Of a stretch of 64,000 bases of DNA, positions 40,101-49,139 are shown piece by piece. The first letter of the stretch is position 1. Each line of letters begins with the position of its first letter. Made by a program: the position numbers and the translations under genes. Below the pieces are notes generated by a model. The model was not told the origin of the DNA, did not search any database, and worked only from the letters and a program-made list of their open reading frames with translations. Origin of the DNA: Negaprion brevirostris (lineage: Eukaryota); assembly GCA_030324005.1 (NCBI GenBank), contig JARDVH010000099.1:79674098-79738097 (forward strand). Reading direction: 5' to 3'.

Positions 40101-41182
40101 CATTTGTACAACTGAAAAGAGGAGGGAAGAGTCTAGTTGCCCAAATTCTGTTTGGATATCCCATTTGGAAGTACTAAATTTCAGGGACTTCTAACTATAT
40201 TAAGATTAATAATTTTTAAACTCATTTCACCATATTTAATGAACACATTTTGAAAATGTTAATACCAAAGTGAAGAACTTGCAGAATCAGAAAAGGTTCT
40301 GCATGTACCACAGATCAAGTAAATTCCGTAAGTTTCAGACCGAGTACAAACACTAAAAAGACAAAACCAATAATAGTCAGGAGGAATACATTAGAAGAAA
40401 CTGGAGTGAAGACTGAAATGGATAGTGTCATACTGGGACAAGTAGATAAGTTATTTGGGACAAATGATAACAGATTATGTCGGCATGATGCTGAAATTAG
40501 AAGTGTAGAGATAGCAACAAGTAATTTTTGTGAAGATAAAGGATGTTTGAACAACAAATACACGAGCTTGTAACAAGGGAAAACTCAAAAGGTGCTATAT
40601 TCTGTCCACTTTCCTGTTTACCATTGAAACCACTGCAGCAAATAAAGATCTGTTGAAGAAAAAGAAGCCTTTGAAACGTGGATGCTAAAAATGCCATATA
40701 CAGGCCAAAAGACAAATCAAAGAAAAGTGCAAGAACAGAAAGAACTCAAGTGACACCCAGATTTCAGAAATTAGTATCATTGGCCATTTGATCAGAGTTG
40801 AATGCTACAAAGATCTTTTCTGGGGTCAAAGTGGAGTGCAGCAGTAAGATCTAGGCATGGTTGGATAACAGGCATTACAGAGTGGTTGCAGACAAGCTAC
40901 AGTGGATGTGCAATGATGGCACAAGACAGCTGAGTGCGATATACACGACAGCACATCTCCACGTAGAAGTAGCTACAAGCAGCAACAGCAAAAGAGTGAA
41001 TAAAATAAGGCGAATGGCCATTAGCAGCTCTTATCAAAATGATTTAGTTTTATTTTCACCTCTTGCAGTTTAAAGTTTTTTCGTTCTGAGAACTGGACTT
41101 CATTCCACACAACTTCCACGCCCTCCTCCGTGTCCATCGCCAAGTATGCGCTGTCAATTCCTGGAACATTCCGTTGATTCAC
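1061..41182 (-). CDS. NRBP1: Nuclear receptor-binding protein 1 (pseudokinase), partial multi-exon gene; N- and C-terminal exons outside the window
   Basis: Spliced translation runs VNQRNVPGIDSAYLAMDTEEGVEVVWNEVQFSERK...IIHGNLTCDTIFIQHNGLIKIGS|VAPDTINNHVKTCREEQKNLHFFAPEYG...PSLKLLAAHCIV...MIPENALEEITK. This is near-identical to vertebrate NRBP1; NRBP2 differs in the activation segment. Pseudokinase marks are HGN for HRD and GSV for DFG. All introns are GT-AG with consistent phases. Confidence 0.97.
1370..1745 (-). mobile_element. CR1/HER1 3' end (1370-1565), gap, then V-SINE fragment (1666-1745)
   Basis: VSLWNSLPWEVVDAKTLNVFKRQLDK C-terminal CR1 motif; GGAGCACCCGGAGGAAACCCACGCAGACACGGGGAGAATGTGCAAACTC V-SINE core. 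Confidence 0.8.
2225..2590 (-). mobile_element. CR1/HER1-like 3' fragment
   Basis: AATAGGAGCAAGAGGAGGCTATTCAGGCCTTCGAGC tail; GAATTCCACAGG...GTGAAGAAAT. Confidence 0.7.
4795..4927 (-). CDS. NRBP1: NRBP1 exon, 133 nt (EFIQKCLQVDPVKRPTARELLFHPALFEVPSLKLLAAHCIVSHP-H), phase 0/1; contains the Elongin BC-box
   Basis: CAG acceptor, CTC|GTAAGT donor; BC-box PSLKLLAAHCIV. Confidence 0.97.
5060..5610 (+). mobile_element. CR1-type LINE 3' fragment
   Basis: GGCCACAACTGGAATACTGTGTGCAGTTCTGGTCAC (RPQLEYCVQFWS) through to the tail. Confidence 0.8.
6630..6728 (-). CDS. NRBP1: NRBP1 exon, 99 nt (MAVLEIQGNGESSYVSQEAINNAIQSLEDTLQR), phase 0/0
   Basis: Start of ORF 6477..6728; TAG acceptor, CGA|GTGAGT donor. 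Confidence 0.97.
8017..8075 (-). CDS. NRBP1: NRBP1 exon, 59 nt, phase 1/0; reads AGTNVTTAGDIYSLGMCALE here, true sequence probably AVTNVTTAVDIYSFGMCALE as in the copy at 8194-8237
   Basis: CAG acceptor, GAG|GTATGT donor; partly duplicated across the 100-N gap at 8094-8193. Confidence 0.9.
9320..9670 (-). mobile_element. SINE sharing its 3' tail with the old CR1-like family; second copy at about 25230-25580
   Basis: TTCATGGGATGTAGACATCACTGGCTAGGCC-GCATTTATTGCC tail, also at 2805, 12130-12200 (+), 28055 and 61060-61130 (+); body shared with 25300-25560. Confidence 0.7.
10470..10553 (-). CDS. NRBP1: NRBP1 exon, 84 nt (V-APDTINNHVKTCREEQKNLHFFAPEYG), phase 1/1
   Basis: CAG acceptor, GAG|GTAAGT donor; T-loop and APE motif. 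Confidence 0.97.
10850..12200 (+). mobile_element. Old CR1-like LINE (RT through 3' tail) interrupted by a V-SINE
   Basis: HLTPRDIKKWLSALD...VHKK..KSNPANY remnants; tail GATAATAAATGTTAGCCTTGCCAGTGATGCC. Confidence 0.8.
11072..11395 (+). mobile_element. Near full-length HE1/V-SINE-like tRNA-derived SINE
   Basis: A-box TGGCACAGTGG, B-box GGTTCGATT, V-core GTGTGGAGTTTGCACATTCTCC...GGGTTTCCTCC, CR1-like tail ATGGCCTCCTCCTGCACTGTAGG. Confidence 0.9.
13258..13460 (-). mobile_element. Young CR1/HER1 LINE, 3' tail visible and body collapsed into a gap
   Basis: CATAAGAACATAAGAAACAGGAGCAGGAGTAGGCCATCTAGCCCTTCGAGCCTGCC followed by an N gap. Confidence 0.85.
14395..14680 (-). mobile_element. Young CR1/HER1 LINE with tail and endonuclease-region end, body collapsed
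   Basis: Same tail; WVEVKNSKGRKTLVGVVYRPPN (APE endonuclease) after the gap implies a long element. Confidence 0.88.
15355..15690 (-). mobile_element. HE1/V-SINE-like SINE
   Basis: CCTAACCTACACATCTTTGGACTGTGGGA...GAATTGAACCCGGGTC; CR1-like tail at the left end. Confidence 0.82.
16160..16410 (-). mobile_element. Young CR1/HER1 tail, gap, then V-SINE tail fragment
   Basis: AACATAAGAAATAGGAGCAGGAGTAGGCCATC; GAGTCTGCACCAACTC...AGCATCTTACCCAGG. Confidence 0.8.
17750..17990 (+). mobile_element. Deu-domain SINE (SacSINE1/AmnSINE1-like) fragment
   Basis: CCAATATTCATCCTTCAATCAAC...AAAACAGATTGCCTGGTCATTATCACATTGC...ATTGGCAGTAAAGTACTTGGGGAC. Confidence 0.7.
18150..18330. mobile_element. Degraded Penelope-derived short element with inverted ends
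   Basis: AAATCTGAAACAAAAACAGAAAAT ... TTTCCAGCGTCTTCTGTTTCTCCAGAT; related pieces at 14140-14260 and 48490-48590. Confidence 0.5.
19275..19660 (-). mobile_element. Deu-domain SINE, degraded
   Basis: ACTTGCATT..TACAGCACCTTTCAC tail; TTTGAACCCATAACCTTC (B-box side). Confidence 0.65.
20650..20663 (-). promoter_or_regulatory. Two tandem RBFOX motifs (UGCAUG-AG-UGCAUG) about 115-128 nt downstream of the microexon
   Basis: Plus strand catgca at 20650-55 and 20658-63. Confidence 0.7.
20778..20801 (-). CDS. NRBP1: NRBP1 24-nt microexon (V-FHRIFAN), phase 1/1
   Basis: CAG|TCTTTCATAGGATATTTGCTAATG|GTGAGA. The peptide matches the 8-aa insert I recall from long NRBP1 isoforms and parallels NRBP2 VWHRIFSN at the same position. 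Confidence 0.93.
20802..20860 (-). promoter_or_regulatory. Microexon 3' splice region with a UGC at about -9 (SRRM3/4-type enhancer position) after a U-rich tract
   Basis: Transcript strand reads CTCATCAATTTCTTGTTTTGTTTTCCCGCTTACGGCCGCTCTGTTGCGAACAG|exon. Confidence 0.6.
21231..21296 (-). CDS. Candidate alternative NRBP1 exon, 66 nt (G-GNPNGRLNKLCKKSLFDLDYY), phase 1/1
   Basis: Perfect ATG|GTAAGT donor. Pyrimidine tract CCCTTCATTTGTTTTTTTTAATTGACAAAAG with no other AG for about 70 nt upstream. Length is a multiple of 3 and it is stop-free in the required phase. No homology support recalled. Confidence 0.5.
22790..23170 (+). mobile_element. Deu-domain SINE, degraded full length
   Basis: GACTCAGTTGGTATCACTCTGAGTCAGAAGGTTTTGGGTTCAAGT head; AAAAACAGATTAAC...TTATCTCATTTG core. 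Confidence 0.7.
27400..28010 (+). mobile_element. Highly degraded CR1 3' fragment
   Basis: CACAGCTAGAACATTATGTTCAATTGGGGACACCAC; CTGGAATGCA...; TCTTTCAAAGAGCTGAC. Confidence 0.6.
28045..28960 (-). mobile_element. Old CR1-like LINE, RT through tail
   Basis: Minus strand GCAGGAGCTCCTCAGGGTAGTGTTCTAGGTCC = AGAPQGSVLGP; ORF 28596..28862 MQQDLDNIETWAHKW. Confidence 0.82.
29345..29489 (+). mobile_element. Young CR1/HER1 3' tail (5'-truncated insertion)
   Basis: GATCAGCCATGATCTTATTGAATGGCGGGGCAGGCTCAAAGGGCTAGATGGCCTACTCCTGCTCCTATTTCTTATG. Confidence 0.9.
30200..31992 (+). mobile_element. Degraded CR1 LINE (ORF2 remnant to tail)
   Basis: AAGGCAATTACAAAGGTATGAAG; TTGCAAATGTAATGCCCTTTTTCAAGAAA (ANVTPLFKK); tail AATCAGCCATG...TTCTTATG. 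Confidence 0.8.
34716..34810 (-). CDS. NRBP1: NRBP1 exon, 95 nt (YLHSCDPPIIHGNLTCDTIFIQHNGLIKIGS), phase 2/1
   Basis: Poly-T tract plus CAG acceptor, CTG|GTAAGT donor; carries the degenerate catalytic loop HGN. Confidence 0.97.
34925..35012 (-). mobile_element. Young CR1/HER1 3' tail next to a gap
   Basis: AACATAAGGACATAAGAAATAG..GGAGTAGGCCATCTAGCCCTTCGAGCC. Confidence 0.85.
35175..35460 (-). mobile_element. V-SINE with the alternative tail
   Basis: TTAGTGTCACAAGTAGGCTTACATTAACACTGCAATGAAG tail plus V core. Confidence 0.85.
35465..35893 (+). mobile_element. CR1 RT fragment
   Basis: ATAGCAAATGTGATTTCTCTATTCAAGAAA; CAACATGGCTTT; GATTTCCAGAAGACATTTGACAAG (DFQKTFDK). Confidence 0.78.
35897..36563 (-). 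mobile_element. V-SINE split by a Penelope insertion (SINE parts 35897-36175 and 36541-36563)
   Basis: SINE head resumes as TGAGACAGCGTGCTAACCACTGT after the insert. Confidence 0.8.
36176..36535 (-). mobile_element. Penelope-like element 3' part (GIY-YIG C-terminus plus pLTR end)
   Basis: ORF 36216..36527 HGHSASDLQVSILRGGLHDTRQCRVAEQRLIAKFRTHED; terminus GTAAGAAGTCTGACAACACCAGG. Confidence 0.85.
36564..36868 (+). mobile_element. Penelope-like pLTR fragment, opposite orientation to the adjacent copy
   Basis: Ends CCAAATAAACCTGTTGGGCTTTAACCTGGTGTTGTGAGACTTCTTAC, the reverse complement of about 36177-36225. Confidence 0.82.
38166..38206 (-). CDS. NRBP1: NRBP1 exon, 41 nt (AWKRWCTQILSAL-S), phase 0/2
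   Basis: TAG acceptor, GAG|GTAAGA donor. Confidence 0.96.
39408..39497 (-). CDS. NRBP1: NRBP1 exon, 90 nt (VIFITEYMSSGSLKQFLKKTKKNHKTMNEK), phase 0/0
   Basis: Lies inside ORF 39351..39557; CAG acceptor, AAG|GTAGAT donor. Confidence 0.97.
39936..40037 (-). CDS. NRBP1: NRBP1 exon, 102 nt (DKVKAVFDNLIQLEHLNIVKFHKYWADVKENKAR), phase 0/0
   Basis: TAG acceptor, AGG|GTAAGC donor, 34 open codons. Confidence 0.97.
40330..40960 (+). mobile_element. Old RTE-clade LINE 3' fragment
   Basis: Remnants of QVDK..YLGQMITD, DAEIR, CYILSTFL and EAFETW motifs, with frameshifts. Confidence 0.6.
41060..41182 (-). CDS. NRBP1: NRBP1 exon, 123 nt (VNQRNVPGIDSAYLAMDTEEGVEVVWNEVQFSERKNFKLQE), phase 0/0
   Basis: TAG acceptor (ct at 41183-4), GAG|GTGAAA donor, 41 open codons. 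Confidence 0.97.
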
Positions 41183-44100
41183 CTACAAATAAGAAAAGGT
41201 GATTCTCCATTAAAACAACTGTAACTTCTTACAAACAACTTTATAATTTTGGCATTACGCTTCACTCTGTTGGTTAAAAAAACTGTCAAGCTCAAAGTCA
41301 AGAATTTGTCAAGGTACAATAGTTTTGAGGATCTTGTTTTTACTGTCCTTTAGGTGAGGTTTCAAACCAAAAATGTGATTGAAAATGAGTGCCAGATTTG
41401 CCAAAGTAACGCTGTGGAGTAATAATTTGAAATTAAACATTTTTACAACATTTTGCAAAGTAGTGGCATAGAGCATATTTTTCTTTTGAATTTGTTCCAA
41501 CAGTTCAATATTCAGTTATGGGAGAGTGACTTTGTACATTTTTGCTCATAACATTTTTTTCCCCCTTCCTTTTCTTTCAGCCAAGCAATAATCTCAGGAT
41601 TTAGCACAAATTGGTGAAAGTGATGACTGAGTAAGGGGTTTTTCCACCTCAGCTTACTATTTAAAAAACTATATAACATTTCCAAAAAAAATCAATGGAA
41701 TTTTCTTTTGTATGGTTACAATTGAGGTTGTTTTGGAACTGTATCTTAAAAGATGAAGAGGGCTATGTGACCTATTCTGAAGCTATCTGACAGCAAGTCT
41801 TGATGGTTTGATTAAAGGGGCCCACGTTGTTTTACTATGAAATGTGCAAGCTGGTTACACTTGGAGACTATGACAGCAGTCTGTGTGNNNNNNNNNNNNN
41901 NNNNNNNNNNNNNNNNNNNNNNNNNNNNNNNNNNNNNNNNNNNNNNNNNNNNNNNNNNNNNNNNNNNNNNNNNNNNNNNNNNNNNNNNNNNNNNNNNNNN
42001 NNNNNNNNNNNNNNNNNNNNNNNNNNNNNNNNNNNNNNNNNNNNNNNNNNNNNNNNNNNNNNNNNNNNNNNNNNNNNNNNNNNNNNNNNNNNNNNNNNNN
42101 NNNNNNNNNNNNNNNNNNNNNNNNNNNNNNNNNNNNNNNNNNNNNNNNNNNNNNNNNNNNNNNNNNNNNNNNNNNNNNNNNNNNNNNNNNNNNNNNNNNN
42201 NNGTCTGTGTGCAAACTGTGGATAGGCTAGATATCCAAAGTTTCTAAAAGTTTTGATAATGTCAAGTAATGAACAGTGGTACTTTAAACGTACATTTACT
42301 TTTTAGTTAAGAGGTTTGCAGTCTCAATAATAATCAATCAACATTTTGGCCTGAATACAAAGCCTGTGATTCTCTCTGCCATGGAGATGGGCTTTGAGAA
42401 GTGAAAGGTTAAGATATCCCTGAAAACCTAGACAAATTAGTTTGCCAGGAAGTGTAGCAAGACACAGATTCAGTGCCCAGGGATGCACAGAGTGGATTGG
42501 AAAGACCAAATTCATGGAGTTAAACTGAGGCTGGAAGATTATCTTTATTTTACCAAGAGTGAGACGTTGCCAGGAAGACTTGCACCATGAAAAACAGTTC
42601 TGGAGTTAAAAGTTTATAGGTGAAGAAAGGAACTGAAGTGAGCCTGCTGGAGCTGAAAATCATTTTGTACTAATTCTGGGAGAATCAAATGTCTGCTTAA
42701 GAGGACAATGTAATATGTACTGCGAAGTGAGTTTTCTTCACTGCACTGAAAGTAAAAGAAAAGTTTTATTTGTGGTTAAAGCTGCAAGTTGTGTACAAAG
42801 ATAGTTTGTCAACCACGCTTTGAGTTGTGTTATTGTAGAAGTCTTAAAACACGAAATTTTGTATTATTCTTTCAGTCAGCAACTGAAAGGTCATTTTAAA
42901 AGTTGTCAGTCTCTATAGGGATTGTAATAGTATATACAGCATTGAATTCTGCCCTCCTAACGGAAGAAAAGTTAAGTAAGGCTGAAATCTGAAACAAAAT
43001 AATTGAAGATTCTGGAAATCTGCATTGTGTTGCTTCATATTTGATTTATGTGTTATCCTCAATCTTTCGTAAGAACTGATCTAATTGGAACGTGATAGCT
43101 ATGTTTAAGACTGGAAAAAAGAGAAAAATAGGTATGGAGCAGTTTTATCGGTCTTATCCAAACAACTCAATTTCATCATCTACTGTTTTATTTCTTCATA
43201 CTCCGCACCATGATCAAAACATGAATTTGTTTACTTTAGCTAACGTGAGAAAATTAGAAAGCAACAGCACTATTACTAATCGAGAGAAAACTCCAAGTAC
43301 TAGAAATATGATGGATAAACATTTGTAATATCAACAGCAAGCGTTTGAACTGGGCAGCTTTATTGGTACGCAAAAGATACACGGATATTTTTGGAGAAAC
43401 CAATCCTGACAAAGGGTCTGTAGAATTTCCAAATGTGGGTAAGGATCTGCTGTGTACTTGAAGCATTTTCTATTTTTATTAAAAGTAAAATTATTTCAAC
43501 TTCATCTCAGTTGCACTTCTGCATATGGATCAATAATTTATTTGGCTCAAGTTCAAAATGCATGAATAGCAAAAAAAAGCAATCCTCAGAAACTTAAATA
43601 TGTTAGAACTTTTCCAACCACAGGGGTCATCACCTTTCACTTTGCCATATTTCCCTTATTAACTGGACCATTTCACAGTTTAAACTATCTTTACCCCAAT
43701 GACAACCACAGCTGCAGATCAAGTGGTCGTGCTGGGAAAAAGTCTCAGATGAAGTACACAGCTTTCCATGTTCTACTAGGATAGGTCTTGGCTGGAATAT
43801 CTGATTCATCAGCTTGTATGTGGAGGGAGAGGAGAATGGGTGATCCCAGAGTAATCACAAAGACAAGTTTAATGAGTGGCAATAATAAGCTGCCTTTAAA
43901 GAAAATTAGCCACCACACAAAAATGACCAGGTTGCATTACTGCAGTTTTAACAGGTAAAACAAAGAGCCAAATGCAAAAGTCAATCAGAAATGCATATCC
44001 AATTCTATGTACAATATTAATCATATGTACATGAATACTTAATGGTTATTTCCTTCATTAATTATGTAAGCTATTAAATGGTTAAGGAATCTTATGCAGC

Positions 44101-45279
44101 AATTTTCTCTCTTTTTCCTACTGCCAATTCACCTCATCTGCATCCTGCAACACGGATTTTCAATCTTGCTGTACACAGTTCCACACCAAACAGTGCAAAA
44201 GCATTTGTATTTTAGAATTCTGTGGGAATATTTTCAATGATGTAAAGGTTAGATGGTTACAAATATAAAGCTTAAATATTTCCACAAAACTGCATTACAG
44301 TGGCTACAAGGAACTAGACAAAAGGTTACTTTGGGGAGTTTTGGGCTTGTAAGTCTTGCACCAAATATTACTATGAGAACACTTTATGTAACTAAATTGG
44401 AATGAATATTTTATGAGCTACAAGTGCTTAGTCAGGACGCAAAGAATACAAGCATCATTTTGCATCAGTAAGCTCATCTCATTAATACAATGCAGGAGCA
44501 GTCAATTCTATTGAAAACATTTTGTTGTGAATAAGGTTTATGTTGAAATAGATAATAGTTAAGCTGTCCTGACAACTATTTATCTAACATCCAGTTTTGG
44601 ACAAACTGCATTTTTCCTCACTACAAACTCTCTTCCCGTGATAATGATTCCCTCCCTTGACAATGACTCCTCATTACTGTCTTGTGCTGAAAGACATGTT
44701 CACTGGCTAAGAACCTATTCTCTCCAGCAAAACAAAATCTGACTGCATTCATCCCTACCTCAGCCCACATATTGCTGAAACCCTCACAATGCCTACGTCA
44801 GTTCCTGTTCACTGTTTCAATAGCCAGCCTCCTGTCATGCAAGCACTACAAACACCAGCTGATCCAATCTTCACCTCTTGCTGTGTATGCAGACCTACAT
44901 CAGTCCTCTGACCTTCTGCATCTCAATTTAAAATTCTTGTCCTCGTGTTCAAGTCTCTTTATGGGCTTATCCCTCATCTTCAACACCCTCTACAACCCTG
45001 CCCTAAATTCTCCATTTTCATTCTGGATGTTCACCCAACTTTCTCTTTTCTCTATTGGCAGCCATGCTTTCAGCCTTACACTCAAGAAGATTCTCCCTAA
45101 ATTCTTCCATTTCCCTTTAGCTGTTTAAAACATAGTGCTTTGATCAGATTTTGGGTCACTGCTCTCAACATTTCCTGCAGCTTTGCTTCCATTCTCTGAC
45201 TATTCTTTTGAAGGACTGTGAGCTTTATTTTGCAGCCCGAAAATATCCAAGTTCAATCTAATTGTAAGAGATATTCATG

Positions 45280-46730
45280 AATTCAGCTAGAATGGATTTG
45301 CAAATGGTAGACTGCATTTACAAGTCTCATTGAATTTCTTGATGAAACAGAGAAGGTTGGTGAAATGGAAACAATAAACTGTCTGTAAAGATAAAAAATG
45401 GGTTTGACAAAATATCAAATAAAGAGGTTAAAAACTTGAGGCTCATGAACCAGGAATCAGTGTCAGCTTGGATTTTAAAAATTTGTTTGAGGTAAAACAG
45501 CAAGTCGTATACAATATATACATGATCTGCTTACTGGAATAGAGTAAAATTTAAGAATTTGCTAAGGATACCCAATTTGAAAGTGTGACAGGCAGCAAGG
45601 ATGATATCAATTGATTGCAAAAGACTATATATAGGTTGACAGAAGTGGTAGACAGAATTTAATAGTTAAGTCTGAAGTGATGCGCAATTGATAAGATTTA
45701 AACAGACTAAATGACATAGGTCTAAAGAATATGCAGGTACAGTGTGAATAAGGATTCATGTGCATAGATCTTTGAAGATGGCAAGATAAATAGTTAAAAT
45801 ATAGGGAATTTGGGCTTCATAAATCAGACTACGAGTGCAAAAGCAGGAAAGTAATGTTCAGCCTTTAAAAAGCTCCGGCTCCGATTAGGCTACAACTACA
45901 AAATTGCATTCAGTTCTGGTCACGGCACTTTAGAAAGCATGTGAGGCTCTTTTAGAGGGCAAGAGGAGATTTACCAAACAGATGAGGAATTTTAGCTACA
46001 AAGTTTGGTTGGAAATCTGGGTTTATTCTCNNNNNNNNNNNNNNNNNNNNNNNNNNNNNNNNNNNNNNNNNNNNNNNNNNNNNNNNNNNNNNNNNNNNNN
46101 NNNNNNNNNNNNNNNNNNNNNNNNNNNNNNNNNNNNNNNNNNNNNNNNNNNNNNNNNNNNNNNNNNNNNNNNNNNNNNNNNNNNNNNNNNNNNNNNNNNN
46201 NNNNNNNNNNNNNNNNNNNNNNNNNNNNNNNNNNNNNNNNNNNNNNNNNNNNNNNNNNNNNNNNNNNNNNNNNNNNNNNNNNNNNNNNNNNNNNNNNNNN
46301 NNNNNNNNNNNNNNNNNNNNNNNNNNNNNNNNNNNNNNNNNNNNNNNNNNNNNNNNNNNNNNNNNNNNNNNNNNNNNNNNNNNNNNNNNNNNNNNNNNNN
46401 NNNNNNNNNNNNNNNNNNNNNNNNNNNNNNNNNNNNNNNNNNNNNNNNNNNNNNNNNNNNNNNNNNNNNNNNNNNNNNNNNNNNNNNNNNNNNNNNNNNN
46501 NNNNNNNNNNNNNNNNNNNNNNNNNNNNNNNNNNNNNNNNNNNNNNNNNNNNNNNNNNNNNNNNNNNNNNNNNNNNNNNNNNNNNNNNNNNNNNNNNNNN
46601 NNNNNNNNNNNNNNNNNNNNNNNNNNNNNNNNNNNNNNTTTATGGGATTGAACAGCAAAATGGGACTAATTAAATTGCTTTACAGAATGTCAACATGAAT
46701 TCAATAGGCCAAATGGCCTCTATGACTTCT
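45280..46730 (+). mobile_element. Degraded CR1 LINE spanning a gap
   Basis: CAGCTAGAATGGATTTG..; AAGCAGGAAAGTAATGTT; TTGCATTCAGTTCTGGTCAC; tail AATAGGCCAAATGGCCTC. Confidence 0.72.
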
Positions 46731-47359
46731 TTCTTTGTGGATTAAGAAAATTTGAGAAATCTATACTGTGATATTTAAACTGTTAACTTCCACAAATGTA
46801 AAAGCCCACTGAGCAGACACTAAACCAGTTTGGCTAAATTGAAGGAAAACATTCAGGACTTTAAAAACATGCAAGTAGGGACTGGATGAAGAGTTACACT
46901 GAAATGATACAGTGAATCATAAAAGGTGATTGGTGCAACGTTGAATCTGTTGATTTAATTGTGATTTATCTCCTATGATGCCAATAAGGCTAGTGACAAC
47001 CATAGAGTATTTATTTTAAAACTAAACACAACAGGCACTTCTGATTTGAACCAAGTGTCAGCTCGACCCAAACAATATTGACTTAAAAGGTTGAGTTTAT
47101 GTCACAATTGAGAAGCTGACAGCAAATTCTCCACTGCAGTACACAGGTGCCAGATCCCCAAAGACTTTAAAAGATATTGTGGCACTAGTGAGGAGTGCTC
47201 CCAATGTCCTACCAATATTCTTCTCGCAACAATCACCAAAAACAGATTAACTGATAATTTCTTTCACTACCGTTTGTAGGAGTTTGTTTTTTGCAAATGA
47301 CACTTATTACCAACGTGATAGTGGTTACATTGTCAAGTAATTTGTGTGAACTCATAGTG

Positions 47360-48105
47360 GCAAACCTTGAAAAATGTGAGGTTATGCATTTTGGGAGATC
47401 TAATAAGGCAAGAGAATATATAAGGAATGGTCAAACCTTTTTACTTTCTAGTAAAAGGATCAGTGGGGCCTAGGCACACATGTCCATAAATCTCTGAAGA
47501 CAGCAGGGCAGGTAGATAAGGTGGTTAAGGCAGCGAATGGGATACTTGCCTTTATTAATCGAAGCCTTGAATATAAGAGTAGGGAAGTTTCAACAGAGTT
47601 GTATAAAATGCTGGTTAGGTCACAGCTGGAGTATTGTGCAGTTCTGGTCACCACACTTAGGAAGTGATTGCACTAGAAAAGGTGCAGAGGAGATTCACCA
47701 GGATATTACCTGGGCTAGAACATTTCAGCTATCAAAAGAAACCAAAGTTGTTTTGCTTGGAGCAGCAAAGGCTGAGGGGGGACCTGATTCAGGGCTATAA
47801 ATGATCAAGGACATAGTTAGGGTGGATGGCAAAAAGCTATTCTCCATAGCAAGGGGTTCAATAACCAAGAGACAGGAGGTTTATAGGAAATGTGAGGAAG
47901 AATGTTTTCATCCAGTGGGTGGTGGGAATCTGAAACACTGCCTGTAGGAATGGTAGAGAAGGGACCCCTCAACATTGGAAGATGCATTTAGATGAGCACT
48001 TGAAATGCTGCAGCATACAAGGTTATGGGCCAAGTACTAGAAAATGGGATTTGAATAGGTTGGTACTTGATCGCCAGTACAGACATGACAGGCCAAAGGG
48101 CTACT
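47360..48105 (+). mobile_element. CR1 LINE 3' fragment
   Basis: EKCEVMHFGRSNKAREY; CAGCTGGAGTATTGTGCAGTTCTGGTCACC. Confidence 0.85.
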
Positions 48106-49139
48106 TTGCAAATGATTTTGTATTGTTAGATAAATGCCAGTTTTTCCACAGAGCAGGCCCTCAACCTAGGTGATGAAGTGGTAGGATACTCTCACAACAT
48201 AGACAATATACCAGCAATTAATTATATGAAAACAATTTTTCTACAGGGATGGGGGACTGGAAAACAACAAAAAAAGAGGAAAATTAATGAAAATCAACAG
48301 CCTTTTTTTGGCATAGGCCACTTTTACGGGAAGCAAATCATCTTGTGCAGCATCTGCCATTAAAAAAGGACACATACAACTAATGAATAGACACATGTTC
48401 CATTTGATAATGCTATCCTATTGCAGAAAAATCTTGAGCCAAACAGGAGACTGATCTGTGAGCGAGCATGAGAAAAAACTGCAGCAATATCTGACAAGCT
48501 GGAAACACTGACCTAATAGATGCCCATGAATTTACTCAGGTTGTATGAGCAACCAAATCTCCAGCATCCACAATATTTGCTTTTATATAAGCAACCTTAT
48601 TCTGTTTATATAAATTGTAACGGTTTGGAAAAAAGTGTTCAACATACATGGGCACAATTGTTCAAACCGATTACATTGATAGCTCCTATGTTGCTACGAA
48701 AGTACATACAACCAGTTATCTAAGATAGGTTCATTGTGTAAACCAAGTTGATGTCTGCCCCCAGCAAGCCCTCTTTCCCATAAATTAGTTATGCTGAAAT
48801 GCACTCCAAATTAATTATGGGTATGCACATTCCAATGAATCTAGTTGTCCATCAAATGTTCTGCTTATGAACAAATACAAACAGATTTCATTCAAGCATT
48901 GGAAAAAGTAGCAGATACATTCACTTGTGCTTAATATTTTGAGAAATAACTCAAGTTCCTGGACATTGCAAAGGAAAACATTGTTGCTGTAGTGCTGAAG
49001 TCTGGTACTTCGAAAGTCACTAACTCACTCCAACTCATCCACTCTATCATCTTCATTACCCTGGCCCCACACCAGCTGAGGCAGAAAAACTGCTGCAGGA
49101 AACAGAATATCGCTGGACTTAAAGATCCCGAGAAGTACT

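Noticed and set aside
1061-41182. Assignment to NRBP2 or a WNK kinase
   Set aside because: VAPDTINNHVKTCREEQKNLHFFAPEYG and VPGIDSAYLAM are NRBP1-type, and HGN replaces the HRD that WNK kinases keep.
41760-42930. Possible solo LTR ending CTCTATAGGGATTGTAATA
   Set aside because: No clear TG...CA termini or TSD, and the interior is interrupted by a 315-N gap, so it cannot be supported.
41827-46698. Long ORFs at 41827-42247 and 45982-46698
   Set aside because: They are artefacts of N runs translated as X.
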